Shown: positions 27,070-36,617 of the stretch, piece by piece
Position numbering within the stretch: position 1 is the stretch's first letter
Layout of the letters: every line of letters starts with the position of its first letter
Assembly: GCA_963762095.1 (NCBI GenBank)
Contig: CAVXJI010000004.1
Span: 153 to 64,152, forward strand
Origin: an uncultured bacterium
GTDB lineage: Bacteria; Babelota; Babeliae; Babelales; Babelaceae
DNA: 64,000 nucleotides
Reading direction: 5' to 3'
The notes under the pieces: generated by a model
Told to the model about the DNA's origin: nothing
Database searches by the model: none
What the model saw: only the letters and a program-made list of their open reading frames with translations
Translations under genes and position numbers: made by a program

Positions 27070-28196
27070 GCTACTTTCGTTTTGAACTAATTCATCAATC
27101 ACAAAAATCACGTGCCCGAGTGGGCAGGATTCACACGCCTCATGGAATCATTGATACCCCCAACTTCGTTGCAGTGGGAACTAATGGAACCTTAAAAGCC
27201 ATCGATAACGTAGCCGTTAACGCCCTTGGGTTGCAACTCATGTTTTGCAACACATACCACTTACTCGTGCATCCGGGGGCAGAGGTTGTAAAAGCGGCGG
27301 GCGGCTTGCATCAGTACATTAATAGGCCTTATCCCATAATCACCGATTCAGGAGGATTTCAGGTATTTAGTCTTGCCTACGGCAGGGTAAAAGAAGAGCT
27401 TAAAAGTAAGGGAATGAAGCGGCATACCGAAGCGGTTATTAAGATCAATGAGGACGGCGTTCTTTTTAGATCCTACCGGGATGGCAGCCCTATTCTACTT
27501 ACTCCAGAAACCTCAATTCTAGCCCAAAAGGATTTAGGGGCTGATATAATCATACCTTTTGACGAACTCCCACCCTACCATATTGATCGTCAAAAATTAG
27601 AAGAATCATTCCACCGTACCCATCGCTGGGAGGAACGTTCACTTATTGAGCATATGAAAAATCCTCAATCACAGGCAATCTATGCGGTAATTCATGGGGG
27701 CATCGATCCGGATTTACGCAAACAAAGCTGCGAAGTCCTCACAAAGTTGCCCTTTGATGGATTTGCAATCGGAGGAAGTTTAGGAAAAAATCGGACCGAA
27801 ATGATTGATATGCTTACTTATACCGTTCCGCGCCTACCACATACCGCACCAAATCATTTACTGGGGATCGGGGATTTAGAATCGGTTGATGCATGCATTA
27901 GATTGGGTATTGATACCTTTGACAGTTCACATCCTACAAGGTGTGCTCGTCATGGGCTTTTATTTACCAAAGAAGGCAATATAAAAATTATGCAGACTCG
28001 CTATAAGTCTGTTTTTGAGCCTGTTGATAGAACCTGTGAATGTCCGACATGTATTAACTATACGGCAGCTTACATTCATCATCTTTTTAAAGCAAAAGAA
28101 ATGACTGGGCTGGTACTTGCATCCATTCATAACCTTCACTTTATGGTCCGCCTTATGAAGAACTATCAAATTGCTATTTTAAACGGAGAGGTATAA
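27066..28196 (+). CDS. tgt: Queuine tRNA-ribosyltransferase (tRNA-guanine transglycosylase)
   Basis: 376 aa. TPNFVAVGT, ITDSGGFQVFSL, DGFAIGG and the zinc site CECPTCINY...H. Confidence 0.92.
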   Translation: MSYFRFELIHQSQKSRARVGRIHTPHGIIDTPNFVAVGTNGTLKAIDNVAVNALGLQLMFCNTYHLLVHPGAEVVKAAGGLHQYINRPYPIITDSGGFQVFSLAYGRVKEELKSKGMKRHTEAVIKINEDGVLFRSYRDGSPILLTPETSILAQKDLGADIIIPFDELPPYHIDRQKLEESFHRTHRWEERSLIEHMKNPQSQAIYAVIHGGIDPDLRKQSCEVLTKLPFDGFAIGGSLGKNRTEMIDMLTYTVPRLPHTAPNHLLGIGDLESVDACIRLGIDTFDSSHPTRCARHGLLFTKEGNIKIMQTRYKSVFEPVDRTCECPTCINYTAAYIHHLFKAKEMTGLVLASIHNLHFMVRLMKNYQIAILNGEV

Positions 28197-28198
28197 TA

Positions 28199-28957
28199 AT
28201 GTCATTTGCAGCCCTTACATCGCCAACAAATGAAGCAGTAAAAAATGTAGTTCGTTTGCATAGTGCACGTGAACGCAAAGACCAACAGCTCTTTATTATC
28301 GAAGGACTCCGCGCAATTTCAACTGCTCTTTCCGCAGGGCTCATGCTTGATAAACTCTATTGCACTCAAGATGAGCTCGAGCAGATTCAGTCTCTCGTGC
28401 CAAACTCAAAGCTAGCGCTCGTCAGCCCCTTAGTGATGAAAAAAATGAGTACCGCTGCAACGCCAAGTGGACTTCTGGGGGTCTTTAAAATTCCCGCTCC
28501 TCCACGCTTAGAGAACCTCACGTCAGGATTAGTTCTAGCACAAATACATGATCCAGGTAATATGGGGACGCTTATCAGAACAGCTGCTGCCTGCAGCATT
28601 AAATCTATTGTTGTAGTTGAAGGAGTTGATCCCTGGTCACCCAAAGTAGTTCAGGCAAGCGCAGGAACCATAGCGCTTGTACGCATTTTCCAATGGGATT
28701 GGCACACGTTAGTAAGAAACAAAAAGTCATTAAAGTTGTACGGCTTAGCGGTATCGGGTGGTGCTACTCTCAGCTCTCTTGATTTCAAGCAAGCACTTAT
28801 AGTTGTTGGTAACGAAGCACGTGGTATTCCAGCGGAATGGCTCCAGGAGTGCGATGAATCTGTTACTTTACCAATGCCAGGAGGCACAGAAAGCTTAAAT
28901 GCTGCTATTGCGGGTTCTATAGCTCTTTATCTGGCATTTTGCAGTCGCTCATTCTGA
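28199..28957 (+). CDS. TrmH/SpoU-family RNA 2'-O-methyltransferase
   Basis: 252 aa. DPGNMGTLIRTAAA, LIVVGNEARGIP and ESLNAAIAGSIALY are SpoU motifs 1 to 3. Confidence 0.85.
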   Translation: MSFAALTSPTNEAVKNVVRLHSARERKDQQLFIIEGLRAISTALSAGLMLDKLYCTQDELEQIQSLVPNSKLALVSPLVMKKMSTAATPSGLLGVFKIPAPPRLENLTSGLVLAQIHDPGNMGTLIRTAAACSIKSIVVVEGVDPWSPKVVQASAGTIALVRIFQWDWHTLVRNKKSLKLYGLAVSGGATLSSLDFKQALIVVGNEARGIPAEWLQECDESVTLPMPGGTESLNAAIAGSIALYLAFCSRSF

Positions 28958-29122
28958 AAAAGTTTTGAATCAACTCCCTTTACTAATCCGGGCGACGTAT
29001 TAAACTGGAACAGTATGTGAAATTTATCTGAAACATTCCCCGGCAATGACAATACGGGACTATGGCTCTAGGTTTTGCTCACTATTTTGAAAAAAAGTTA
29101 ATTCTCATAATGATTACACCAC

Positions 29123-29147
29123 GGGGTTCTAGGGGCAATGCCCCTAG
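29123..29147. repeat. GGGGTT-hairpin element, short copy, just upstream of the permease RBS
   Basis: ggggtt ctaggggc aat gcccctag, an 8-bp GC-rich stem. Confidence 0.5.
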
Positions 29148-29162
29148 CTAGTAGGAAACTTT

Positions 29163-30485
29163 ATGTCTTCACACAAGCTTTCGTTACTTTCGGCTATTTT
29201 AATTAATATTAATATTATGCTTGGTTCAGGCATTTTTATTAATACGGTTCTTCTTACTCGGCAAGCAGGAAGCCTGGGAGCACTCGCTTACATTGTTGTT
29301 GCGCTCTTATTGCTTCCCCTTATTCTTGCTATAGGTCAATTATTGCATTACCATCATGAATCCGGTACTTTTTATGATTTTGGTCGTGCAGTAAGCCCCT
29401 TTTTTGGCTTTTTAAGTAGCTGGAGTTATTTTACGGCAAAATTATGTACATGCGCCCTGGGTATTCATGTATGTCTTTCTTTTTTGCAACAAGTCATTCC
29501 CTTACTGCAAAGCATACCAATTCTGCTCTTTGATACGTTTGTTATAATAATTTTTACTCTACTTAACCTTCTTAATTTAAAAATTGGCAAAAGCATCCAA
29601 TACTCATTCATAGCAATTAAGCTTATTCCTATCTTCTTTGTCATTTTTGTAGGCCTCTATCTTTTTAATGGCTCATATTTTACACCAGATACTTTTATTT
29701 GGTCGGGCGTGCCGCTCTCTGTACCTTTTGTTTTGTATGCATTTAGCGGATTTGAAGCCAGCTGCTCATTAAGTAGCCGATTGAAAGATCCCAAGAAAAA
29801 TGGCCCTCTTGCTATTTTCATTTCTTTTGGCGCAGTGGTTACCACTATATTCCTCTATCAGCTCCTTTTTTACGGTAGCCTCGGCATGGCGCTCGGTACC
29901 ATTGCAAATGGGTATCTTGGCACCTATCCCGCCTTGCTTGATAAATTAGCTTTACCAGCCGGCGCATTTAAAAATAATCTGCAAACAATTCTAAGTATTG
30001 CTATCGCCTCTTCAACTTTGGGCGCAAGCTACGGCGTTATGTACAGCAACGGTTGGAACTTATATACCCTCGCGCATAATAACCACACCTTCTTTAGAAA
30101 GCTCTTTACGACACTCAATGCTCATGGAATGCCTTATGCTTGTATACTTGCAGAAGGAACCATTGCACTTGCCTATCTTCTTATTACTCGTGGCAATCAA
30201 GTACCGCTACAACAAGTGAGTGCCTTGGGCGGAACGATTGCTTATACTTTAAGCTCAATTGCGTTACTGATTCTTACCTATAAAAGTAGAAAAGTAATCG
30301 GCATCATTCCTGTGCTTAGTCTGATAAGCTGTGCACTCTTGATTGGCTCGTTTATTTGGACCGTGACCATTAATGGCCCTACTAGCATGCTTATGGTATT
30401 TTTCGCCCTACTTATCTTTGGAAGCTTTATGTTTTATAAAAAGCATGAGCCTCGTGGAAATCTTGAAATTTTTGAAGAAATTTGA
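29163..30485 (+). CDS. APC-family amino acid permease
   Basis: 440 aa with about 12 TM segments. The N-terminal LSLLSAILININIMLGSGIF is typical of APC transporters. Confidence 0.75.
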   Translation: MSSHKLSLLSAILININIMLGSGIFINTVLLTRQAGSLGALAYIVVALLLLPLILAIGQLLHYHHESGTFYDFGRAVSPFFGFLSSWSYFTAKLCTCALGIHVCLSFLQQVIPLLQSIPILLFDTFVIIIFTLLNLLNLKIGKSIQYSFIAIKLIPIFFVIFVGLYLFNGSYFTPDTFIWSGVPLSVPFVLYAFSGFEASCSLSSRLKDPKKNGPLAIFISFGAVVTTIFLYQLLFYGSLGMALGTIANGYLGTYPALLDKLALPAGAFKNNLQTILSIAIASSTLGASYGVMYSNGWNLYTLAHNNHTFFRKLFTTLNAHGMPYACILAEGTIALAYLLITRGNQVPLQQVSALGGTIAYTLSSIALLILTYKSRKVIGIIPVLSLISCALLIGSFIWTVTINGPTSMLMVFFALLIFGSFMFYKKHEPRGNLEIFEEI

Positions 30486-30654
30486 TGGCCTGTGCCCAAT
30501 GATCTCTTTCCCATGTACCAAGATAATGGTTTACATTGAGCATAAAAGCAGTGCATCTCGAATTCTGGAGAGTTGGAAATCCCTTATGGGCTACATCGAG
30601 CATCACTGATAGCGCATTTCGCATCCTGCGAATACTGGAATGATCCAAGGGAAC

Positions 30655-30771
30655 GGGGTTTCCAAAGGGGCATCACCCTTTGGGCCGTCCAGGGGCGCAG
30701 CCCTTGGCGCTCGGCGCGCAGCCGCCAGCTAGCTGCTGATATAAAAAATGAAGTCGCCGTAGGCGGTTGTG
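30655..30771. repeat. GC-rich structured intergenic element (GGGGTT-hairpin family, long copy)
   Basis: ggggttt ccaaaggg gcatca ccctttgg, then a GC-rich palindromic segment, then cgccgtaggcgg. The order parallels 56884..56960. Confidence 0.55.
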
Positions 30772-30948
30772 AGTAGGAATTAATAGAAAAAACGACAAAA
30801 AGCATGAATTTACACATAAAAAAACAATACTGCTAGCGTTAGCACTCCTATCTTACATCACACCTCAAAACAATATTTCGAACAATAAAAAGTATGGTAT
30901 AGTGATTTCCAGGAACTTATTTTCATCACAAGCAAAAACAGCAAAAAA

Positions 30949-32433
30949 ATGAAATTAAATACTACGAAACTTGTAATACTAACCTTTGGACTTCTATTTC
31001 TCTCAACAAGCAAAGCTTCTTTAGATAACCTTGAAGCAGCGCTCAAAGAAGATTTAGAACGTATTAATTACCCGCCACGTTCATGGCGACCATCGCCATC
31101 GGATGATACCATTCTCGATGTAGCTATCATCGGCGGTGGAATGGCGGGGCTTGCAGCGGCATTTGCGCTATTAAGACAAGGCGTAACTAATATAGGCATT
31201 TTTGATGAAAACTACCGACATCAAGAAGGCCCTTGGCTTACCACTGCGCGCATGAAAACGCTACGCTCAGGAAAGCAATTAATGGGTCCTGCTTTATTCT
31301 TGCCTAATCTAACATTCCATGCCTGGTATGAATCCAAATACGGCGCAGAAGCTTGGGCAACATTAGGAAATCCCCCAAATGGCCTCTGGATGGACTACTT
31401 AATCTGGTACCAAAGAGTGCTCGAACTCCCACTAAAAAGCAACCATAAGCTCCACAAAATCACACCAGATAATCACTGTTTAGAATTAACTTTTGCTACC
31501 GGCAAAGAATTTCAGAAAATTCGCACTCGTAAAGTTGTTTTAGCAACAGGTCGTGCGGGCTTTGGAGGTCTTCAAGTGCCTTTTTGGGTGAAAACGCTCA
31601 ATCCTTCACGCTATGCTCATACAGGCCAAATAATAACTAAGCAGCAAGTACAGAATAAACGTATTGTGATTGTAGGGTGCGGAGCTTCTGCTTTTGATGC
31701 AGGAGGTTACGCTCTTGAAAATGGAGCCCTTGCCGTTACAATGCTTTCAAAACGCACTTCATTGCCGGCAGTTAATAAGTTTGCCACCTTTAATTATCCA
31801 GGATTAAATAGCGGTTTTTATTCCTTGTCGGATCATTCCAAATGGCTCTTTTTTGAACACGCATTTTCAAGTGGAATCCCCGCGCCTAAGGATTCACTAG
31901 ATCGAGTAAAAACTTACCGAAATTTTTCTTTGTTATTTAATAGAGAAATCACATCGGCCGTAGAAAAGAATAACTCCTTAGAATGTGTAACTAATTATGA
32001 GTCAATTGAATGTGATTTTATAATCCTTGCAACTGGTTTTGCAATCGATGGGACCCGGCAAAAAGAACTCGAGCCGTTTATTAATGAGGTCTTACTTTGG
32101 AAAGATAAAATTATTTCGCAAGAGAATGAACTTAAAAAGAAAATGGGAAGATTCCCTTACTTAGGAGCTCATTTTGAATTTTTAGAAAAAACTCCGGGTG
32201 CTGCTCCCTATCTTAAAAACATTCACTGTTTTAACTATGCAGCGTCATTGAGCCATGGGCTCATAAGTAGCGACATTCCAGCAATTAGTGTCGGTGCTTT
32301 AAGGTTAGCTGAAGGCATAGCTGCAGATTTATTTGTGCTAGACTCGCAAGCGTACTTAGAAAACTTATACGAACATACTAAAAAAGATTTTGAAGAAAAA
32401 GAGTATTCCTTTACACAACGAATTTCTGCTTAG
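30949..32433 (+). CDS. Secreted FAD/NAD(P)-binding oxidoreductase (two dinucleotide-binding motifs; flavin monooxygenase-like)
   Basis: 494 aa with a leader. DVAIIGGGMAGLAAAFAL (GxGxxG number 1) and RIVIVGCGASAFDAG (number 2). Confidence 0.65.
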   Translation: MKLNTTKLVILTFGLLFLSTSKASLDNLEAALKEDLERINYPPRSWRPSPSDDTILDVAIIGGGMAGLAAAFALLRQGVTNIGIFDENYRHQEGPWLTTARMKTLRSGKQLMGPALFLPNLTFHAWYESKYGAEAWATLGNPPNGLWMDYLIWYQRVLELPLKSNHKLHKITPDNHCLELTFATGKEFQKIRTRKVVLATGRAGFGGLQVPFWVKTLNPSRYAHTGQIITKQQVQNKRIVIVGCGASAFDAGGYALENGALAVTMLSKRTSLPAVNKFATFNYPGLNSGFYSLSDHSKWLFFEHAFSSGIPAPKDSLDRVKTYRNFSLLFNREITSAVEKNNSLECVTNYESIECDFIILATGFAIDGTRQKELEPFINEVLLWKDKIISQENELKKKMGRFPYLGAHFEFLEKTPGAAPYLKNIHCFNYAASLSHGLISSDIPAISVGALRLAEGIAADLFVLDSQAYLENLYEHTKKDFEEKEYSFTQRISA

Positions 32434-32456
32434 CAGCTAATCTTACAAAAAAGCTT

Positions 32457-33008
32457 TTATAAAATACATGAACCGCGCGTCTTGAAGTACTTGTAATAGC
32501 TTTGAAAAAAGTGCTTGCCACTTACGGTCAATTTCTCTCGAATTACAATACTCTGTAGCCGTTTTTCGATCCACTCCTGCAGATAGCCTTTTTTTTCATA
32601 GAGCTCCCGTGCCCTTTGGATTCCAAGCTCAGGATTTTCAATTTCATCAAGACGCTCTTTGCCCAACTTAGCCAACCAGCGTTTGAAAGGTTCGGCTTTA
32701 GGCCAGGGAATTGACTGTATAATACGAAATATGCCTTCTATATTGGCACAGTCTGTTTCATATTTTTTACCATCAGCAGCTTCTAATTTCAGTCCGTGAC
32801 AAAATGTCACGACCTCACTTCCTTCTTCACCCAACCTTTGTTTAAGCTTTCTCCAGTATGCACCTGCATCGCTACTTTCGGTAAGCGCCGCGCATACGTC
32901 AGTAACAGAAAACCACCATTCATTTTCGAAAAAAATTCTTCGTATCTCTTTGCCCTGAAAAATCGATATTTGCGCTAACTCTTTGTTGAAGTGTGTTGTT
33001 TTTATCAT
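32457..33008 (-). CDS. BRO-N / KilA-N-like DNA-binding protein (phage antirepressor-like), probably C-terminally truncated
   Basis: 183 aa. IFQGKEIRRIFFENEWWFSVTDVCAALT...YWRKLKQRL...IFRIIQSIPWPKAEPFKRWLAKLG is the BRO-N pattern. The tail after IREKLT loses similarity to it. Confidence 0.6.
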   Translation of the reverse strand: MIKTTHFNKELAQISIFQGKEIRRIFFENEWWFSVTDVCAALTESSDAGAYWRKLKQRLGEEGSEVVTFCHGLKLEAADGKKYETDCANIEGIFRIIQSIPWPKAEPFKRWLAKLGKERLDEIENPELGIQRARELYEKKGYLQEWIEKRLQSIVIREKLTVSGKHFFQSYYKYFKTRGSCIL

Positions 33009-33539
33009 AGGTTACCTCGTACGTATTAATAACTGACCTTACAAGCGATCAAAAGCCAAAGCAAACTTATTGTGCACACACTATAACAAATTTTTGAAAT
33101 AAATGTAAAATTTTTTATTCTGATTGTGGCTTTGTTAGCAATTTCAATTTTAGGCTTACTTATTCTTATTATCAAATCGCCAGCTTTTGATCACTTCTTT
33201 TCAATCCCTCATAAAATGTCATGGGTTTTTAGCCAGTCACTGCTGGGACATTTACAGGATTTGAGCTATGTCCAAATTGGACACAACTGAAATCCTGTTT
33301 CATCATTAATCGGTCTGATCGGACTATTAACTTTCGTAAAATTGTCGAAAGTTGATCACTTGCAAAACTGCAGCCATTTCTATTATCTCGACATTTTTGA
33401 TGCTCATCACTTATCTCCAAAATTGGAGATAACTCGAGCATTTATGCCTCATTCAACTATCTACAATTTGTCGCCAGATGAAAACATATTAATCTTTGTA
33501 AGATCTGCGAGCGCACTTCGCTTCCCCATTCTTACCACT

Positions 33540-34499
33540 CTACTTTTTTACAACTCCCGGTAGCTTCCCTTTATAGCCAGTAAGTCTTAACAACGCCCTC
33601 AATCCTTGGGCATATCTCTCTAACGCCTCAAGGTCTTCTGGGCTGCGTTTTTCATGAAGAGCTTGATCTATTTCACTTAAAAGTCGAAGTGCATAGTATT
33701 GCGTCTTATTTAGATCTTTTTCAACACCCGGGCCACCATTAAAAAAGAGAAACACCAATTCATGCGTGGCAAGTTGGTGCGCTAGTGGTTCATAGTTTTG
33801 ATCCGCTGCTTTTTGATAATACATAACAGCCTTGGGAAGATCGCCTTGATCTTTGTATAAATTACCCAAAGCATGTGCAGCGTCAGCACTTATAGCAGGC
33901 AAAACTTTTTGCTGCTCAGCAATATGGTAAAATTTCAGAGCTTCTGCTTGATTCTTTTTCTGAGATGCTAAGGTCGCTAACTCATATACCACTGAAACTT
34001 TGACCAGATCATTTGGGGCCTCTGCTAAAGCTTGCATATAATAGTGCTCTGCTTTTTCAAGATCTTTTATTACCCCATAGCCCCCATCCCTATAGATCAT
34101 TCCAATATCTAATAAAATTTTTGAACGATCCTTTTGATCAGCAACTTTATATCCACTTAAGAAAGCTTCGAGCGCCTTTTTATAATCTTTTTTTTGGCCC
34201 ACTGCACCCAATCGATAGATAACACCACGCAATTCATACGCCTGGGCTCGTGTTTTATTTTCAATGTCAGGCTTATTAAGCCTATTGAGTATTGATAATG
34301 CCTCAGGAGAGCCGCTTTCAAAATACTGCCTTGCAAGATCAAGTAATCTTTCAGCCCTCTTCCCATCCCCTAGCTTGAGACCCTGAAGTAACTGCTCTGC
34401 AGATTCAATCTCGCCCTCATGCTTTTCCGAAGCATAAAGCAGCGAACACGACACACAAGCAACTATAATGAATATTTTTTTTATCAATCTCTTTTTCAT
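33540..34499 (-). CDS. Secreted Sel1-like (SLR/TPR) repeat protein
   Basis: 319 aa with a signal peptide. Repeats such as IGMIYRDGGYGVIKDLEKAEHYYMQALA and LGNLYKDQGDLPKAVMYYQKAADQ. Confidence 0.75.
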   Translation of the reverse strand: MKKRLIKKIFIIVACVSCSLLYASEKHEGEIESAEQLLQGLKLGDGKRAERLLDLARQYFESGSPEALSILNRLNKPDIENKTRAQAYELRGVIYRLGAVGQKKDYKKALEAFLSGYKVADQKDRSKILLDIGMIYRDGGYGVIKDLEKAEHYYMQALAEAPNDLVKVSVVYELATLASQKKNQAEALKFYHIAEQQKVLPAISADAAHALGNLYKDQGDLPKAVMYYQKAADQNYEPLAHQLATHELVFLFFNGGPGVEKDLNKTQYYALRLLSEIDQALHEKRSPEDLEALERYAQGLRALLRLTGYKGKLPGVVKK

Positions 34500-34630
34500 G
34501 ATGAGGATCCCTTAAGATGTATTGTTTCTATTTTGTAAAATAACTTTATATTTGAAATTATACATAAAGTTTTACTAGAAAATCAATAAATCTTAAAAAA
34601 TACTAAGACGATCAGGGAAATATTTTTTGC

Positions 34631-35698
34631 CTACCTCAATTTCAGCGTCATGAGTGCCAGCAGACAAAGCACGAAAGAAATGATGCCAAAACGCGTAGTA
34701 ATTTTAGCTTCCTGCCACCCAAGCAACTCGAAATGATGATGAATAGGTGCCATTTTAAATATTCTTTTACCAAGATATCGAAAGGATACTACCTGAGCAA
34801 TCACGGAAAGTGTCTCAACCACAAAAAGGCCCCCAGCGATTACCAAAAGCAATTCTTGGCGTGCCATGAGAGCCATGAGTGCAAGACCAGCGCCTAGGGC
34901 TAATGAGCCGACATCTCCCATAAAAATTTGGGCAGGGTACGTATTGTACCATAAAAACCCTAATGATGCCCCAACCAACGTAGCTCCCAGAATTGCTATT
35001 TCAGCTGTTTCGGTAAAGGGAATATGTAAATAGATTGCAAAAGCATAATTGCCTGCCAAGTAACAAATAATGGTAAATGTCCCAAAGTTTAAAATTAAAG
35101 AACCAATCGCAAGGCCATCAAGCCCATCAGTAAGATTTACTGCGTTACTCGTACCAACTAAAATAAATGCAGCCCAGGGGATAAGTAAAATTCCAAGCTC
35201 AGGCGAAAAATTCTTAAAAAAAGGTACGCACACTTCAGTTGGCGGTATAACGAGCCAGTACCATGCGCACGCCACCAGTGTACCAACGGCTAGTTGGGCT
35301 CTAAATTTATGGGACTCTTTTATTCCTTTTCTAAAACGAATCTTGCTCCAGTCATCCCAAAATCCTATCACAGCAAAACCAAGCATACACAAGAGAAAAA
35401 TCCATACTTCGGGGGCTGTTAAATCACACCATAAGAGGGCCGTCACAAAAGTCGTTAGCAAAACAAAAATACCCCCCATGGTAGGGGTATCATTTTTTGC
35501 TTGATGCGTCTCAGGGGTATATTCACGCGCAGCAGCTTTGAACCTTGCTGACTGCTCAATAAACCTTGAACCAAAAATAAATGAAAGGACCAAGGCGGTA
35601 AGCAATGAAGCCATGATACGGAAGCTCACATAATGAATCACATTAAAAAAACTTACATGATTCTGTAAATATAAGGCGAGGTGATAGAGCATAAACAA
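34631..35698 (-). CDS. mraY: Phospho-N-acetylmuramoyl-pentapeptide transferase
   Basis: 355 aa. NAVNLTDGLDGLA, KNDTPTMGG and MAPIHHHFEL are signature blocks. Confidence 0.92.
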   Translation of the reverse strand: MFMLYHLALYLQNHVSFFNVIHYVSFRIMASLLTALVLSFIFGSRFIEQSARFKAAAREYTPETHQAKNDTPTMGGIFVLLTTFVTALLWCDLTAPEVWIFLLCMLGFAVIGFWDDWSKIRFRKGIKESHKFRAQLAVGTLVACAWYWLVIPPTEVCVPFFKNFSPELGILLIPWAAFILVGTSNAVNLTDGLDGLAIGSLILNFGTFTIICYLAGNYAFAIYLHIPFTETAEIAILGATLVGASLGFLWYNTYPAQIFMGDVGSLALGAGLALMALMARQELLLVIAGGLFVVETLSVIAQVVSFRYLGKRIFKMAPIHHHFELLGWQEAKITTRFGIISFVLCLLALMTLKLR

Positions 35699-35900
35699 TC
35701 CTTAAAAACCGCTGAAATTAACTAGTTATACCGTCGACTTTAAGCATACCATGATATTTAATGAGCGGCACCTTTTGACATAGAAAATAACTGTTCTAAA
35801 CTAAGAGATATACTATGATGTGTACAAAACACACATCTTATTATGTTACATCGCTCATATTTTATTACTGAGTAACGATTATAAATAAAAGGAATATGCC

Positions 35901-36371
35901 ATGAAACTAAGATGTATGTATTTTTTTAGTTTTACGTTTTTACTCGCCCCTTGCGTAATTCGTGCCACAAGTACTAACACTGATCTGGAACCTGAATCCC
36001 TCCCAACCCAGTTGCCCACAGGAACCAAACAAGGACCCAAGCTCATTCAAGATTACGAAACCCCTATTCAATTTATGAGCGATTTTTTAGATGTAACAAG
36101 AAAGCCAGATATGCCCCTCAAATATTGGGCGTTGCAACTCGTATTGCTCTTAAGAAGTAACGCACGACTGAAGCCTTTCTGCAATAAATTAAAAAACGTA
36201 GCGCTAGATAAACAGTTAGACCTTGATCAACGCGTAAGAAATATCAACAATGCTTTTGTAGAAGCTTTTTTAGCACAACTTTTCCCAGAAGATCTTTCGA
36301 AATTTATTTTTGACAGAGGCCTTCCAACAGTAAAAGCATCAATCAAAAAACGCGCTGAAAAAATCGGCTAA
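35901..36371 (+). CDS. Secreted hypothetical protein
   Basis: 156 aa. AAAGGAA RBS and a signal peptide. Confidence 0.55.
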   Translation: MKLRCMYFFSFTFLLAPCVIRATSTNTDLEPESLPTQLPTGTKQGPKLIQDYETPIQFMSDFLDVTRKPDMPLKYWALQLVLLLRSNARLKPFCNKLKNVALDKQLDLDQRVRNINNAFVEAFLAQLFPEDLSKFIFDRGLPTVKASIKKRAEKIG

Positions 36372-36387
36372 TCATAGATATACATCC

Positions 36388-36413
36388 GGAGGGCCTTCGG
36401 GCCCTCTTTTTTT
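36388..36413 (+). terminator. Rho-independent terminator
   Basis: ggagggcc ttcg ggccctc followed by a T7 run. Confidence 0.8.
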
Positions 36414-36617
36414 AATACATAACCAATGCGATCCTAATTAGCAGCCGCCCAAGCATTACTCTATAATTTCTGATGCCTTGCAATCCCTGCCGTGCCATAA
36501 TTTTTTCTCCATAAGCGAATTTTTTTGCTTAGAAAAATTCATATGATATACTTTAATGGTACAGGTTAAAGAATTAGAAAATAAAATTTAATTGCTATCT
36601 AGATTACCAAGCCTTCT

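Noticed and set aside
30373-30817. Four overlapping ORFs (67-78 aa) across the region downstream of the permease
   Set aside because: They run through the GC-rich palindromic repeat, which keeps frames open on both strands. They have no RBS and no motifs, so the region is better explained as a non-coding structured element.
33229-33563. ORFs of 70 and 73 aa in the BRO-N / Sel1 intergenic region
   Set aside because: No RBS, no motif and mutually overlapping on opposite strands. Treated as non-coding or decayed DNA.
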